64,000 bases of DNA from positions 143,530,001 to 143,594,000 of the forward strand of contig OX597816.1 of the NCBI GenBank assembly GCA_951406725.2. Reading direction: 5' to 3'. The notes under the pieces were generated by a model. The model was not told the DNA's origin. It did not search any database and saw nothing but the letters and a program-made list of their open reading frames with translations. This document shows positions 1-12,965 of this stretch, one piece after another. Source of the DNA: Octopus vulgaris. Lineage: Eukaryota. A program made the translations under genes and the position numbers. Numbering within the stretch: position 1 is the first letter of the stretch; each line of letters opens with the position of its first letter.

Positions 1-160
1 GGTTTTTTACATCCTGAGTTCAAATACAGCCAAAGTCAGCTTGGCTTTTCGTCCATCGGGTCAATAAAATAGAAGCTGTAGTCAAGTAAAAAGCAGAAGT
101 CGATGTACTCCATTGGCCCTCCTCAAAATTTTAGCTCATGTGTCTATGTTGAAACAATTA
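1..160 (+). mobile_element. Degenerate fragment of tRNA-derived SINE family A (Nin/Deu-domain-like)
   Basis: Diverged match to the ttctgagttcaaattccgccgaggtcgactttgcctttcatcctttcggggtcgataaa motif seen intact at 34238-34640 and 46407-46645. Confidence 0.6.
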
Positions 161-2499
161 TTTATAGTCTATCACTGCCAGTTTATAAATGCATGTTGTT
201 AGCTCGGGCGTATGGCTAAGAAACTATCAAGTTACACAACACGGTTCTGGACTTCATCTCAATATGCAGTAGTTTGGGAAAAAATTTCTATCATAGACTC
301 GAATCAATCCAAGCCCTGATAGTAAAATTTGGTTGTTGGAAGGATTGTATCTGTTCTTGGATTGTAGAATTAATCTATTGTCCAGTTTAGTATCACCACG
401 TAGTATTTGGTATCACCGTATAGCATAGTATTTGACCGAGTTCACTCTATTAGAGGATCGGAGTAACTTCTAGTGTAAGAAGAAAAAAAAAAACTGCTGA
501 AGATGTGTGCCATCTACAATCAATCAATCAATCTGTTCAGGCGACTTGTTCGTACTAATGTAACTCTTTCACACCAGACGAGTTTCAGACGAGCGACGAG
601 GCATGAATGTCTGGCTTGGGTTTTTATCACATCGGTCTTTACCTAGCTGAAATACCCCAACTCCACATGCTACGATGACAGGCGATAGCAGTAGTTCGCT
701 AACTGAACTGGTTGGTCTTGTCCGTTGACAGTTTGTTGTCTGTTCATTCGCTCAGCTTCTAGTGATATTCACTACTGATTCAATGCATTCATCTACCGAA
801 ACAGTTCACCTCCAACACGGTGCATCCTATGATTCAACGTAACCTTGCTCGGGTGCTTATATGCTAAGTGTCTCATAGCTGGGTCTCCGACAGATACTAC
901 TACTACTACGGGTCAGAGTAGACTTTGGAAAAAATGATAAAGTTCGTGAAATATCAATTAAGTTTAACTGATATCAGAAGTTTAATTCCTGACTTGAGTC
1001 GAAAGTCTAACGTTTTTGGTTCCAATCTCAAAATAACCCACGTGGCACGCTTGGTTTCTACCTCACTTTCGTGCCATCAGTCTTGGAGGCCTTACAAACA
1101 TGCCATGATTACTGGGTCTATTAAACTAACCAAGTCATTAAAAAATCTGAGGTTTTTAAGGATTCATCAGCAAATTAAATAAGCAAAGACACTGAAAGAA
1201 AAGAAAAGGTTTTCTTCTCATTACCGATAAGCATTTATTATTTTATGCTTACATTATATTGTTTTTGCATATTTTATATTTCATTTAAACTACAAACTCG
1301 AGAGCAATTCTCGAAAAGTCAGAACTCACCTCTCACAGCCCACGAATTAATCTCACCCGTTTTACTAACTGCATTTTTTGGTCGACGTAGATCATCGCCA
1401 TTTTCCTTAGATTAGTTGTTGTTGCCCATGTCGTTTAGCGCCAAGTCAGCCCTGGACTGAACAGCCCTATGATTAATGACATTATAACTGTGGCCATCCC
1501 GTTTTAGTAGAAACATATGTAGGACTATATTTCACAATGTTACCGTTCTTTTTCAAAACAGCAGGTTGTAAATGAGGGAGATTTGGCTGCTATGGCTATC
1601 AGATTCTTATTAGCCTGTCTACTTTTGTAGTAACATATTTTGTACACTGTTAAAAAAACAAAACAAAAAAAACAAAAAAAACAAAAAAAAAAAACAAAAA
1701 CAAAAAATGCAAAAAACACCGTCATTATTTATGCTACAGAATAGTGGAAGTTGTCGGTGTAGAAGATATTCAGACTGGATGTGTCAATGCTTCTCTATTT
1801 GATATCCTCAATTATTTCATATCTGAATCAAAATTATATTGCATTATTCATGCGTCGATAAAAAAGTACATATATTATCCTAGATTCTATTTGATATGAC
1901 TTCAATTCTTTCACAAGAGTAGCTTTCTGCCAAGACAAAAATATGAAAGAAAAAGTATTGCTAACATATAACCAAATAATTCGAATTTTTCCGATTCTTT
2001 AAAAACATCTTATGTAGGTATAACGGAAGCGGTAAGAGGATGTTATTACATTCATGATTTCACATGACGTAAATCAAGCGAAATAGCTTTAATCGGGAAT
2101 TGAAACTGGGTCAAGAATTACACCCAACTTCCAACTTGATTTTTCTTTGTTTCAATTTACAACTTCTCAAATTTCATCACTAATCACTACTTCAACTAAG
2201 TAATCACAGTTATAATTTTTATGTAAAATAATGAACAACTCTTATGATATATAAAATGAGATGGCGATTCTTTTACGAACGAAAATGAATCGGCGAGTTG
2301 GTGCTTTTTATAAATCTAGGTAGTGTTAAGAGGATGGGAGATAAATCTCCTCCTGGAAAGGGCGCTAGTCCTACTGCTCACAGTTTTTGTTATCTCAACG
2401 TCACTGCACTGACGGCGCTTATAGCAGTGGGTTACACCACATGCAGTGTCTGTTTACAATTTCAGTGATACAATGTTTTCCTAGACAGATGCACTTGTA

Positions 2500-2790
2500 A
2501 TTTGAAGAACTTTTACGCAGCTAGTCAACCTATTAAAAATAACAACTAAATATTCTTAAAACCCCACACTACCATCTTGAGCCAATGAAAGGGCTTCTAC
2601 GCAGTTGCTAGATCTGTTAGAATTGCAGCCAAATCTACATCGAACTAAGCCCTAATCTCTTAAAATGGAAGACACATTTTAGAATGTAGTTCTCGATATA
2701 CTATGTTGGATAAAAAGAAGAGACAGTCAAGACTGCTGCACATTTAATCATAAGTCTGTTCAAGTTAGATATCAAAAGCAATTTACAATT
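2500..2790 (+). repeat. Old dispersed repeat family D (aaatagcagccaaatct...tttgatcatagg...ggggctaaacaacaac); other copies near 1415-1540(-), 18470-18720(-), 20290-20770, 27090-27260, 42760-42870, 46240-46380
   Basis: Same degenerate motif order recurs many times in the window, usually ending in a (CAA)n-like tail; probably an old SINE. Confidence 0.55.
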
Positions 2791-3429
2791 TGGTGGATTC
2801 TGCTGCCGAGAACAAAAATTTTAGTGACACAATATAAAGTCTGAGAAAAGCTGTTTCTTAGTTGTTATATACATAACACACACACACACGCACACATACA
2901 TACACACATACATACATACACACACACTCACGCACACACATACGCATACAGACAGAGACATACACACACATACACATATACATATGTATACATATATTAG
3001 TGAAAAGGTGGTTTGCTGTGCTACTTAGTATACATATATATACTAAAATTGAAAAACGTGCATGTTCAAAAGGGTTTCAGAATGTCATATAAACCTTATA
3101 AAGTATGAGACTAGCATTGTTGCTAAAAAATACTGGAATCACTATTTGTTGTGCATTCTGTGGCATCTTAAAACGAAAAGAGACTCATATGTGAATTACT
3201 ATATAATTAATATAAAAATTTGAAAATGTACAAAATATGATCTTTAACTTCGAATAAGTAACTTCATTATAATATTATTCATACCAAAGTATATATAAAA
3301 CATATTTCACATTGTATGCAAATTACCTGGAAAATATAAAAAAAAAACTGGCTTTATGATGAAGTCGAATCTATGTAACAGCGAAAGTACGTAACCGAAA
3401 TAATTATAAGCAAAGATAATTAGCATTAT

Positions 3430-5369
3430 GTTAGTTAGTTAGTTAGTTAGTTAATTTGGCTCAAAAGCAAATAGCAAGGCCATGTAGGGAGACATGGAGT
3501 TAAGTACAGGGTGGTGTTCATGTAAAGAGTTCAGGCCACTTGAGGTCCAGGGAGGCTTTGAACAAAGCGGTCGTCGGCATCTTCACCATCTCGTCTGGCA
3601 GCTTGTTCCACGGATCCGCAACCCGGACGGAGAAAGCTCCTCTCATTCGATTGAGATGAAATCGTCGCAGGTAGAGCTTTTCGGAATGACCCCGCAGCCG
3701 ACGCTCCGGAGCAGGAGTGAAGAACAGCTCTTTCGAGAGGTTACACTTCCCGCTTATGATGTTGTGGGCGAGAATGAGATCACCACGGCGGCGGCGTTTT
3801 TCAAGAGAATAAAGGTCGAGCGTCCTCAGCCTTTCTTCGTAGGACAAATTTTTGAGACCATGAACCATGCGGGTAGCCAGCCTCTGGACTCTTTCGAGAT
3901 GCTGTATGTCTTTGAGGAGATAAGGAGAAGAGGCTTGAATCCCATACTCCAATATGGGTCTCACCAGCGTGACATAGAGTGGTAGGAATATGGCTGCTGT
4001 GAGCATTCCGAATGACCGTCGAATCAAAAACAGAATTCCGCGCGCTTTGTTGGCAGCATGGACGCACTGGGCCGAAGGCGAAAAGGAGGAATCCACCAAG
4101 ATACCCAGGTCCTTTACCTGATCGGTCCTCTCCAGCAGCAGACGACCCGGCTCGAAATCAAGTTGAGTTGCAGGAGTAGAGCCGACAGGCAGATGACAGC
4201 ACTTTGACACGTTCAGACACAAGTCCCAATCGTTAGACCACTTCCAAATTTGGTGGAGGCATCGACGAAGATCCTCTATACTACCGCGAGGAGCGACCAG
4301 TTTGATATCGTCGGCAAATAGAAGGGTGTGTTGCGTGAGGTCGTCGGGCAAGTCATTTATGAAGACTAAGAACAACAAGGGCCCAAGCACTGAACCTTGA
4401 GGCACGCCACTGCTCGCACTGGAGACGTCGGACCGCGAACCATTAACTTGAACTTGGAAGGAGCGATCTGAGAGGAAGGCACCAACCCATCGTACAATAT
4501 CCGGATGGAAACTATATGCTTGAAGCTTGACAAGTAGTAGGCGGTGGTTTACCGAGTCAAAAGCTTTGGCAAAGTCCAATAAAACGATGTCAACAGCATC
4601 ACTATCATCGAGGATGCGCGTCACCAATTCTTCCATTACTAGTAAGTTGGTCAAGCATGATCTCTTCGGTACGAAGCCGTGTTGGGAATAAGTGATCGAG
4701 GCTGTGTTTAGGAGGTGGAGCATCATACTTTTCTTAAGGATGGTTTCGAACATCTTGCTGATTATTGATGTAAGGGAAACCGGTCGGTAGTTAAGCGGGT
4801 CTTCGCGGCTCCCTTTCTTGAAAATTGGGCAGATTATCGCTGTTCTCCAGTCTGCAGGTATAACACCCGTCGCCAATGACATATTGAATAGTCGTGTTAA
4901 GGGCTCGCAGATGACCGGAGCCAACGCTTTGATAACCCGTGGGTGTATGCCGTCAGGGCCGTGACCCTTGTTGACATCGAGGCCTTGAATAACACGTTTG
5001 ACTTCGTCCCGCGTGATGACCAATCGAAGCATTGGAGGTACCGATCTATCAAATGGAGGGGGTTCACGACCATCATCTTGTTTGAAAATAGTTGAAAAAG
5101 CCTCGGCAAATAATTGACTCTGTTGATAAGGGTCCTCAATCGATACGCCTGTTGAGTCTACCAACGTTGCAATCTGGTTGTTCAAGCGGGAATTCCACTG
5201 GACATGGGTAAAGAAGGCTTTTGGATTGCTATTGGCATTTGCCGCGATTTTGTATTCATAACTGAAGCGTTCTTTCTTTTCAATTTTCACGGCTCGGTCT
5301 CGTTGAGTTTTGTACACCTCAAAAGCTGCAGTCGAATCCAGATTTTTGAATTCAGCCCAAGCAATATCT
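3430..5369 (-). mobile_element. 5'-truncated CR1-group non-LTR retrotransposon with (TAAC)n tail
   Basis: Sharp GC-rich island containing an RT ORF, a short 3' UTR (3453-3517) and a (TTAG)n/(TAAC)n tail at 3430-3452; the frame begins abruptly near 5369. Confidence 0.92.
3518..5317 (-). CDS. Reverse transcriptase (C-terminal part of ORF2) of CR1-group LINE; endonuclease lost by 5' truncation
   Basis: GPDGI, NYRPVSLTS, QHGF, LDFAKAFDSV, SGVPQGSVLGPLLF, FADD, KDLGI, LERVQRLATRMV, RRRRGDLI motifs; 599 uninterrupted codons. Confidence 0.9.
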   Translation of the reverse strand: MYKTQRDRAVKIEKKERFSYEYKIAANANSNPKAFFTHVQWNSRLNNQIATLVDSTGVSIEDPYQQSQLFAEAFSTIFKQDDGREPPPFDRSVPPMLRLVITRDEVKRVIQGLDVNKGHGPDGIHPRVIKALAPVICEPLTRLFNMSLATGVIPADWRTAIICPIFKKGSREDPLNYRPVSLTSIISKMFETILKKSMMLHLLNTASITYSQHGFVPKRSCLTNLLVMEELVTRILDDSDAVDIVLLDFAKAFDSVNHRLLLVKLQAYSFHPDIVRWVGAFLSDRSFQVQVNGSRSDVSSASSGVPQGSVLGPLLFLVFINDLPDDLTQHTLLFADDIKLVAPRGSIEDLRRCLHQIWKWSNDWDLCLNVSKCCHLPVGSTPATQLDFEPGRLLLERTDQVKDLGILVDSSFSPSAQCVHAANKARGILFLIRRSFGMLTAAIFLPLYVTLVRPILEYGIQASSPYLLKDIQHLERVQRLATRMVHGLKNLSYEERLRTLDLYSLEKRRRRGDLILAHNIISGKCNLSKELFFTPAPERRLRGHSEKLYLRRFHLNRMRGAFSVRVADPWNKLPDEMVKMPTTALFKASLDLKWPELFT

Positions 5370-6971
5370 CATATTAAAGGAATAGTTATGCGAATTAAAT
5401 TATTACTAAATTATTTTTGATTGATTACTTGTAAATTTATAAAAATTATCATTCATAGATTGAATTATTGCGAAATGATGACAGTAGTATTTGTACGCAA
5501 TTGTTTTGTTAAAATTGAGTATACGATAATTTAACTTAATTTCGATGAACTAAACACATTTCTTTCGATAAAAAGATATCACAGAATGTACAGCATATAG
5601 TGATTCCAATATTTTTGAACAACAATGCTAGTCCCATACTTTTATTATGACATTCGATAACCCTTTTGAGCGTGCGCATTTTTCAATTCTAGTTTCATAC
5701 TTTTTAAGGCAACGTTTGTAATATTTTATATATGTACCGTATTTCTCCTAATGGTGTAGCAACCTCTAATAAACTGACACCCAAACGCCGACCATTTGGA
5801 ATAGTGTGACTGTCACAATATTAAAAAATGTACGATAAAATCGATAATAATTGTCGTATCATTAATAATATATTATTAATGTAAGATACATTCAACATTA
5901 TAAGCTGTTCTACAAAGAAATATATTAAAAAAATATTAATAATATTAATAAAAAAAAAATCATTGACAAAATCTAAAACGACATACCATGCAACGAAGAG
6001 AAGGCGAAAATGAATAAGACAAAAACTCTCGAAGACAGCTGCATGCCAGACTATCGCTCATTGGTTGAAAATTAACCAATAAAACACGATCACCGCGCAA
6101 ACGGCCACGACCCCCTTACACTTTCATTCGCAACCTAAGCATATTTTCTCAAAAACAGTAGACTTGCTTATGACATTCTGTTATCGGTTACTGCGTGCCT
6201 GAAAAATATACTGTTTGGTGAAGCTTCAACAAGTTGGATTGCGTTCGATCAGCAAAGAAAGTAATGAAAACCACACTTCCTGTGAAATACAGCTACCCAG
6301 GGTTTCCCGGCCGAAATATATTAAGTTGCTAGCTGAACAGTTCGTCGTTGCCGGTCAATTATTACAATAGAATGTCTTATATAAATTTTTGTTTATTCCA
6401 TACCAGACCATGCCTTCCCTGGCAGATAGACCTCTTGATCAGAACAGATTTGTGCAATTTTTCGCAAAAAATTTCGTTGAGGACTTTTTACTTTTTAAAT
6501 TATTTTCATGTCTGTTCGACCGTTTCATATGACTTTATTAATTAAAACTTATTAAAATATCAGAAGTTCTTACAACTTTGGTCGTCGTAATGCTTTGCTT
6601 TCGGTTGTTTAATAAAAATTCCTCCTCGTAATGATTTTGCTTTCATTTTATGATAGACAGCTATCGTGCCGAAGATACCAGCTTCCAAATCCTGTTTCCT
6701 GATTAAATAAAATTGATTAAACTTTAAACCTCAGTCCCATTTTTCTGCAATTTTTATGTAACAAAATAGGATTTTACAGGGAAAATTATTTCAATATTCC
6801 AAATTTGAAAACTTTGACGTAATTTAAAAATTTTACAATATGTGACAGCAATAGGGAAGACGTTACAAAAGGAGAGAGTGAGACAAACAGTTATAGGACA
6901 TCACACACACGCACACACATTTACAAACGTACATACAGGTAGTCGCGAGTTTATAATGGTGTATACTAGAC

Positions 6972-7032
6972 ATGTATGTATGTATGTATGTATGTATGTA
7001 TGTATGTATGTATGTATGTATGTATGTATGTA
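6972..7032. repeat. (TATG)n microsatellite
   Basis: Direct reading. Confidence 0.95.
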
Positions 7033-7329
7033 TACATATATATAAGTATGTGTGAATTTGTGTGTGAGTGTTTCTTTGCGATGGACAGCAGAAAAGCCAC
7101 CTACCCAATCTCTCCTTAAGGCTACGTATTCCTCATACCCACCTTTTTTTTCCCTTCCTTGGTGTTTTAAAAGTTGCCATTGACAGCTGTATTAACGTTA
7201 TCATCCCACTGCTACTCTATATTTGTCGCTTACACAACGCTGTTCTTCCCTTCCATGATATCAGTCACATTCACTATACTACCTCATTTGCCTCACACTA
7301 ACACTCTTTGCACCCTTCTCATTTTATCA

Positions 7330-7512
7330 TATAATAGCCCAACCCGCCTAGGATGCCCATTATAGATTTTAACTGAAATCCAATTAGACTATAATTGAAC
7401 TGGATGTTAGTTTAACATGTATGCAAAGTTTTGTCAAGATTGGTTCATGGTGTAGGCAGCAAGATAGTAATAGACATATCGACAGACAGAAATTGCCATT
7501 TATGTATAAGAT
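7330..7512 (+). mobile_element. Possible non-autonomous Helitron/Helentron-like relic
   Basis: Ends tgcaaagttttgtcaagattggttca...acagacagaaattgccatttatgtataagat; a similar end occurs at 14640-14720; resemblance only. Confidence 0.3.
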
Positions 7513-8287
7513 TTCGCCATTTTTCAAGCTGATAGAAACAACGGTTTGTCTGCTGCGTTTAAAGTAGTTGATGTTTGAATGGGAACGCTCATATAGAAAA
7601 AAAAACACGAAAGAAACGCAGGGATAAAAACAGAGGGAAGACAACCAAAATTACAACAAACATTAATTATATCAAAAATACAGAAAGCAGATGAGAATAG
7701 TTTTAGGTGTGTCCGGTGGTCTATCTTTAATCTCTGCTAAGATGCATTTTTAAAAATACTTAATACCATCGTAGCGATATATGGTATTTTATTTTTGTCG
7801 GGTTAGCCAATCTTGAGATTCACGCGGCTGACTCAACCCAAATAATATATATATATATATACATACTTTAAACGAAAACGAGTTAAGAGAAATAGCTCGA
7901 AGTGGCCAGTGGCATATATTTTCATAATTTAAAAATATTAATTTCTAACCTCGGTACAAGGTTAAACAAAGAGAGCTGTTGGTTGAAATGATCCCACAGT
8001 ATATATTCTTTCGTCCAAGGTTGGGCTTGAAAGGGAAATTCAGTTTTGACAGGATTTGAACGGAGAGGGATATCACTAAATATCTTCCTTTACAATTTCT
8101 GCCAGTAGAACATGACCGATCTTTCTCACGGAGAGATACTGTAACCACGTTGTTATCTTGTATATTTTTCGACTTTACGAAACACTGCATAGTCTGACAT
8201 TTAGATTTCTTCATCCGGTACCTAGACTGTCAAATATATTTCCGTCAGTTATATTATGCACGATTCTCGTTTGGATGTGACAAGCAG

Positions 8288-8489
<202 letters not shown>

Positions 8490-8679
8490 CACATTATTTT
8501 TGCTTTTGTCATTTAACTACGATACAGCTCTCTTGATGACAAACAGTATGGACTTAGTGTAGATTTTGATTGCCTATCTTTTGAACTAACAATATTTATT
8601 TTCAAATGAATAGGTCTAAGAATACATTTTCACTGCGGATAGTGCTTACAACTAGGGAACGTATTTATTTAAATATTTA

Positions 8680-9058
8680 AAAATTGAGGGAGATAAATTA
8701 ATATTAATTTTAATATCAATTTAAAACCAGTAGTCCAGCATTCAAAAAATCTGAGGAGTCAGAGAAAATTCAAATATATGTGTATATTGGCAGGGCTGGC
8801 CTGCTAGGTAGCCGGCCAGAATGCTAGAAGAAGATCATCAACGATCAAACTACAAGGGAAATTCTCTAGAGGAAGAATTCAGCGAACACCAGAACCAACT
8901 TTGGCGGGCAGGACATATGAAAAATTAAATAAATAACAGACTTAAATGCATACCTCGGTTTCGGTCTTAACAAAAGAATTACTTGCATACAAAAGAATTA
9001 CTTGATCGTTGATGATCTTCTTCTAGCATTCTGGCCGGCTACCTAGCAGGCCAGCCCT
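8680..9058. mobile_element. Penelope-like terminal fragment with perfect 57-bp inverted repeat, abutting (TA)n
   Basis: 8792-8848 is the exact reverse complement of 9002-9058; 3' half of a hammerhead motif (GACC-GAAA-CCGAG-GTA) on the minus strand at ~8946-8966. Confidence 0.6.
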
Positions 9059-9060
9059 AA

Positions 9061-9131
<71 letters not shown>

Positions 9132-9133
<2 letters not shown>

Positions 9134-9280
9134 CGCAAGCATGGCTGAGTGATTAAGAAGCTCGTTTTGCAACCATGTGGTTCCTAGTTCAGTCCTACTT
9201 CGTGGCGTCTTCTACTATAGCCCCGGGCCGACCAATGCCTTGTGACTAAATTTGGTAGCTGAAAACTATTTGGAAGCTCG

Positions 9281-9335
<55 letters not shown>

Positions 9336-9518
9336 CAACAATTGAGGGTAAAATTAATTAATTATTAATCAATTTCACCAAGTATTCAGTATGTAAAGGG
9401 ACCATTTAAGGCGAATTCAAAATATTACATTTTATAAAGGGCTTAGTAAAATAAATTACTTTGCCACATTCAGTATGTGGCAAAGTAATTTATTTTACTA
9501 AGCCCTTTATAAAATGTA

Positions 9519-9607
<89 letters not shown>

Positions 9608-9795
9608 GTTCCTACATCACTTACGAACCAGTGTTGCTTTGTGTGCATCTCCGTAACTTAGCGGTTCGTCAAAAGACACCGGCACAATATGTACTAGCCT
9701 TAGAATTAAGTCCTGAGTCGATTTGTTCAACTAACCCCTTGAGGGCGGTACCCCAACATGGCCGCAGTCTGAAGTCTGTAAACAAATAAAAGATA
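9132..9795 (+). mobile_element. SINE family B (tRNA head, CORE-like box, internal microsatellite); this copy carries a hairpin insert in the microsatellite
   Basis: Head ggcgcaagcatggctgagtgattaagaag...gttcagtcc and 3' half cccgtaacttagcggttcg...catggccgcagtc match the full copy at 10493-10915. Confidence 0.8.
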
Positions 9796-10492
9796 GAAAA
9801 TGAATTTAGTACGGACTATAAAGTGATGTCATTTACTCCGTATTGATTTGATGTGTGAAAATTAAAATATGTTCGTTATATATTCCCGATGATTCATAAA
9901 TCAGTTTGCTTTTGTCTGTCGTTGAGTAATAATGTGCAACAGGTATTTTTGTGCTTTTTAAATACAATTGGTATTGTTCTGTTAAATAAACCAGCCTTAC
10001 TGTACATGAAACACAGGAAAACAAAACGCATGTCCCGCAAATGCTTATATTATAAAAAAGGCAAAGGCTATTATACTGTAACGGAAACTTAATGCAATAG
10101 AACGTCAAAAACTTGGCGATAGCAATGGCGCATTTTGAACAACGGTCTTGGTATGAATGAATTGACTCTTCTAAATGTAATGAAACATCCAGTTGTTTTT
10201 TTGGTTAACGAACAACTAAGAGAAATCGAAGCAATGTCATAATATACATGAAGCATATTACTGTATATAGTGAATTTTGTAATCAAAAACGTATTCTTAT
10301 TTTCAAAACTACAATTCAAGCAAAATCTTTGAGAATATTTACATCCAGAAAAATTAATAGTAATCTAAACAACATTGATGAGTCACTCAATACAAGCAGT
10401 GGCTGATATGAACGAGTCAGAAGTAGAAACCAGTTGCATACTGCAAAAAATTAGTGGAAACTCAATTGAAGAATTTGGTTATGCAAAACAGT

Positions 10493-10915
10493 AACTCTTT
10501 ACTCTTTACTCTTTTACTTGTTTCAGTCATTTGACTGCGGCCATGCTGGAGCACCGCCTTCAGTCGAGCAAATCGACCCCGGAACTTATTCTTTGTAAGC
10601 CCAGTACTTATTCTATCGGTCTCTTTTGCCGAAACGCTAAGTGGCGGGGACGCAAACACACAAGCATCGGTTGTCAAGCAATGCTAGGGGGACAAACACA
10701 GACACACAAACACACAAACATACACACCCATACATATATATATACATATATACGACAGGCTTCTTTCAGTTTCCGTCTACCAAATCCACTCACAAGGCAT
10801 TGGTCGGCCCGGGGCTATAGCAGAAGACACTTGCCCAAGATGCCACGCAGTGGGACTGAACCCGGAACCATGTGGTTGGTTAGCAAGCTACTTACCACAC
10901 AACCACTCCTGCGCC
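10493..10915 (-). mobile_element. Full-length SINE family B (resembles octopus OR-type CORE-SINE)
   Basis: A-box-like tggttgtgtggtaag, B-box-like ggttcagtccc, ttgggcaagtgtcttc CORE-like box, internal (TA/TG)n, tail gctccagcatggccgcagtcaaatgactgaaacaagt then short purine-rich tandem repeats. Confidence 0.9.
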
Positions 10916-11041
10916 TAACTATATATTAAAAAAAATATATTTCGTATATATTTTTGTCTAGCATTTAAAAAACATTGTAAGCCAAGTAATATCGGTTTCA
11001 AATGTTGGCACAAGATCAGCAGTTTCGAGAAAAGGAGTAAG

Positions 11042-11331
11042 TTCATCCTTTCGGGGTCGATTAAATAAGTACCAGTTACGCACTGGAGTCGATATAATCG
11101 ACTTAATCCGTTTGTCTGTCCTTGTTTGTCCTCTCTGTGTTTAGCCCCTTGTGGGTAGTAAAGAAATAGGTATTTCGTCCATCTTAATGTTCTGAGTTCA
11201 AATTCCGCCGAGGTCGACTTTACTTTCATCATTTCGGGGTCGATAAATTAAGTACCAGTTGCGTACTGGGGTCGATCTAATCGATTGTCCCCCTCCCTAA
11301 AAATTTCAGGCCTTGTGCCTAGAGTAGAAAA
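11042..11331 (+). mobile_element. Dimeric SINE family A, 5'-truncated
   Basis: Two tandem tttcggggtcgat..aagtaccagtt units, same layout as 34238-34640. Confidence 0.85.
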
Positions 11332-12124
11332 TACTTTTGGTCATAGGTTAACCCGGTTAGTGTTGACCTAGGGCTAAACAAGAAGAAGTAGAAGAAGAGA
11401 GTTAAAGCTAAACATTGGTGGCTTCTTTTACATAAACACTACAAAACCCTTAGGAGACTTTAGCGGAAGTAATATTTCCCATGATTCTTACATATTTCTT
11501 TCTTTTTTTTTTTTGTTTGAAGTTAATTTCAAGAGGTTGTCTGCGAGCTTAATAGCTTAAGTGTTTAGAGCATCTCACCAGATGGCGAATACTGTTATTT
11601 CGATTACACGCTACATTTTTTTTCTCGAGCATGTTTAAATTTCTACCATTATGGTTATCGTATATGACATTTCCTTTGTTTTTCACTGTGTGTATGTGTG
11701 TCTAGTAGTACAGGTGTTATAGTGTCACTTTATAACAGGCACCTAACTTGCTTTCTGCTGCGAGACGAGTCTCTGACGTAATCTAAAGTAGATCACTACT
11801 TTATTTTTAGTTGTGCAACGCGTTTGGCTGACTTGTTTTCAAACGGTTGGTTTTTTTTCTCCAGTATCATGAAGGATGATTTCGTTGATAATGGACAATA
11901 CCCAATAGGCCAGTAGCTCTTGATATCTTAAGATATAGATAGGTGAGCCATGAAAATAATATAAATACCTTTAAAATAGTGAAAAATATAAACTAAAATT
12001 CTAAAAGTAAAATCTTGATAAGTCTGTTTCATTTGTTGAAGTAGTCAATGATATTTTTTCTAAAGTACTTAATAATTTCTTGTACTTTGAATTTAATTTT
12101 TAAAGGTAAATATGTATATATTTT

Positions 12125-12329
12125 ATTACTTGTTTCAGTCATTTGATTGCGGCCATGCTGGAGTACCGCCTTTAGTCGAACAAATCGACCCCAGGACTTA
12201 TTCTTTGTAAGCCCAGTACTTATTCTATCGGTGTCTTTTGCCGAACCGCTAAATTACAGGGGCATAAACACACCAGCATCGGTTATCAAGCGATGGTTGG
12301 GAGACAAGCACAGATTCAAAGACACACAT

Positions 12330-12330
<1 letters not shown>
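12125..12330 (-). mobile_element. 3' half of SINE family B
   Basis: Close match to 10510-10710. Confidence 0.85.
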
Positions 12331-12372
<42 letters not shown>

Positions 12373-12706
12373 CATGAATGTGAATGGCGGTGCTGCAGCA
12401 TGGCCACAGCTCGTGAGCTGAAACTAGATAAAATGAAAAAAAAAAAATGAATACACATATGAAAGCAATATCAGGGAAGTCGATAAAGTTTTTCTTTGTG
12501 ACAAAATTAGAAGGGCAACGTGGCAACGTCCATAACATTTTTACAGGACTTTCAAGATTGATGAGTGATAAGAAAGATAATCTTGAAATCCTCAGACTGG
12601 ACACTTAGTTCAACTCGTATGCTCCGGAGAGTCACTGAAGGTCAGCTGATGGTGTTAAACCATAAATTCAGAGTGGTGTCTCTGAAGCAAGACAATCGGT
12701 AAACGA

Positions 12707-12739
<33 letters not shown>

Positions 12740-12965
12740 GACTACTACTACTGTTGCTGCGCTGCTGCTGCTGCTGCTGCTGCTCCGCAAATGAACACCA
12801 TCAATCACTTTTCTCTAGAATTCTCTTCCAGCATTGCTCGTTGTAGGTTGCTCTTCAGTAGACCTGAGTTTTCAACCAGCTGGTCAATAAATGTCCTAAT
12901 AGGACGATCCTTAGGTGGCTTTCCGTGTATTGGGTCTCACATCAGCATTTGATTCACTACTTCAC
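12707..12965 (-). pseudogene. 3'-terminal relic of an RTE/RTE-X-like LINE with trinucleotide tail
   Basis: Minus frame reads EVVNQMLM*DPIHGKPPKDRPIRTFIDQLVENSGL...QRAMLE, like the W-P-HG-R-RGRP-TY-DQL C-terminus, followed by (CAG)/(TAG)n. Confidence 0.55.

Larger units (their letters stand above)
3041..5693. mobile_element. Foldback/MITE-like DNA element with ~140-bp imperfect terminal inverted repeats, interrupted by a CR1-group LINE
   Basis: 3041-3180 (actaaaattgaaaaacgtgcatgttcaaaagggtt...gactagcattgttg...ggaatcactat) is the reverse complement of 5560-5693 with scattered mismatches. Confidence 0.75.

Noticed and set aside
3494-3985. 163-aa plus-strand ORF
   Set aside because: Antisense shadow of the GC-rich LINE RT frame; no recognisable motifs
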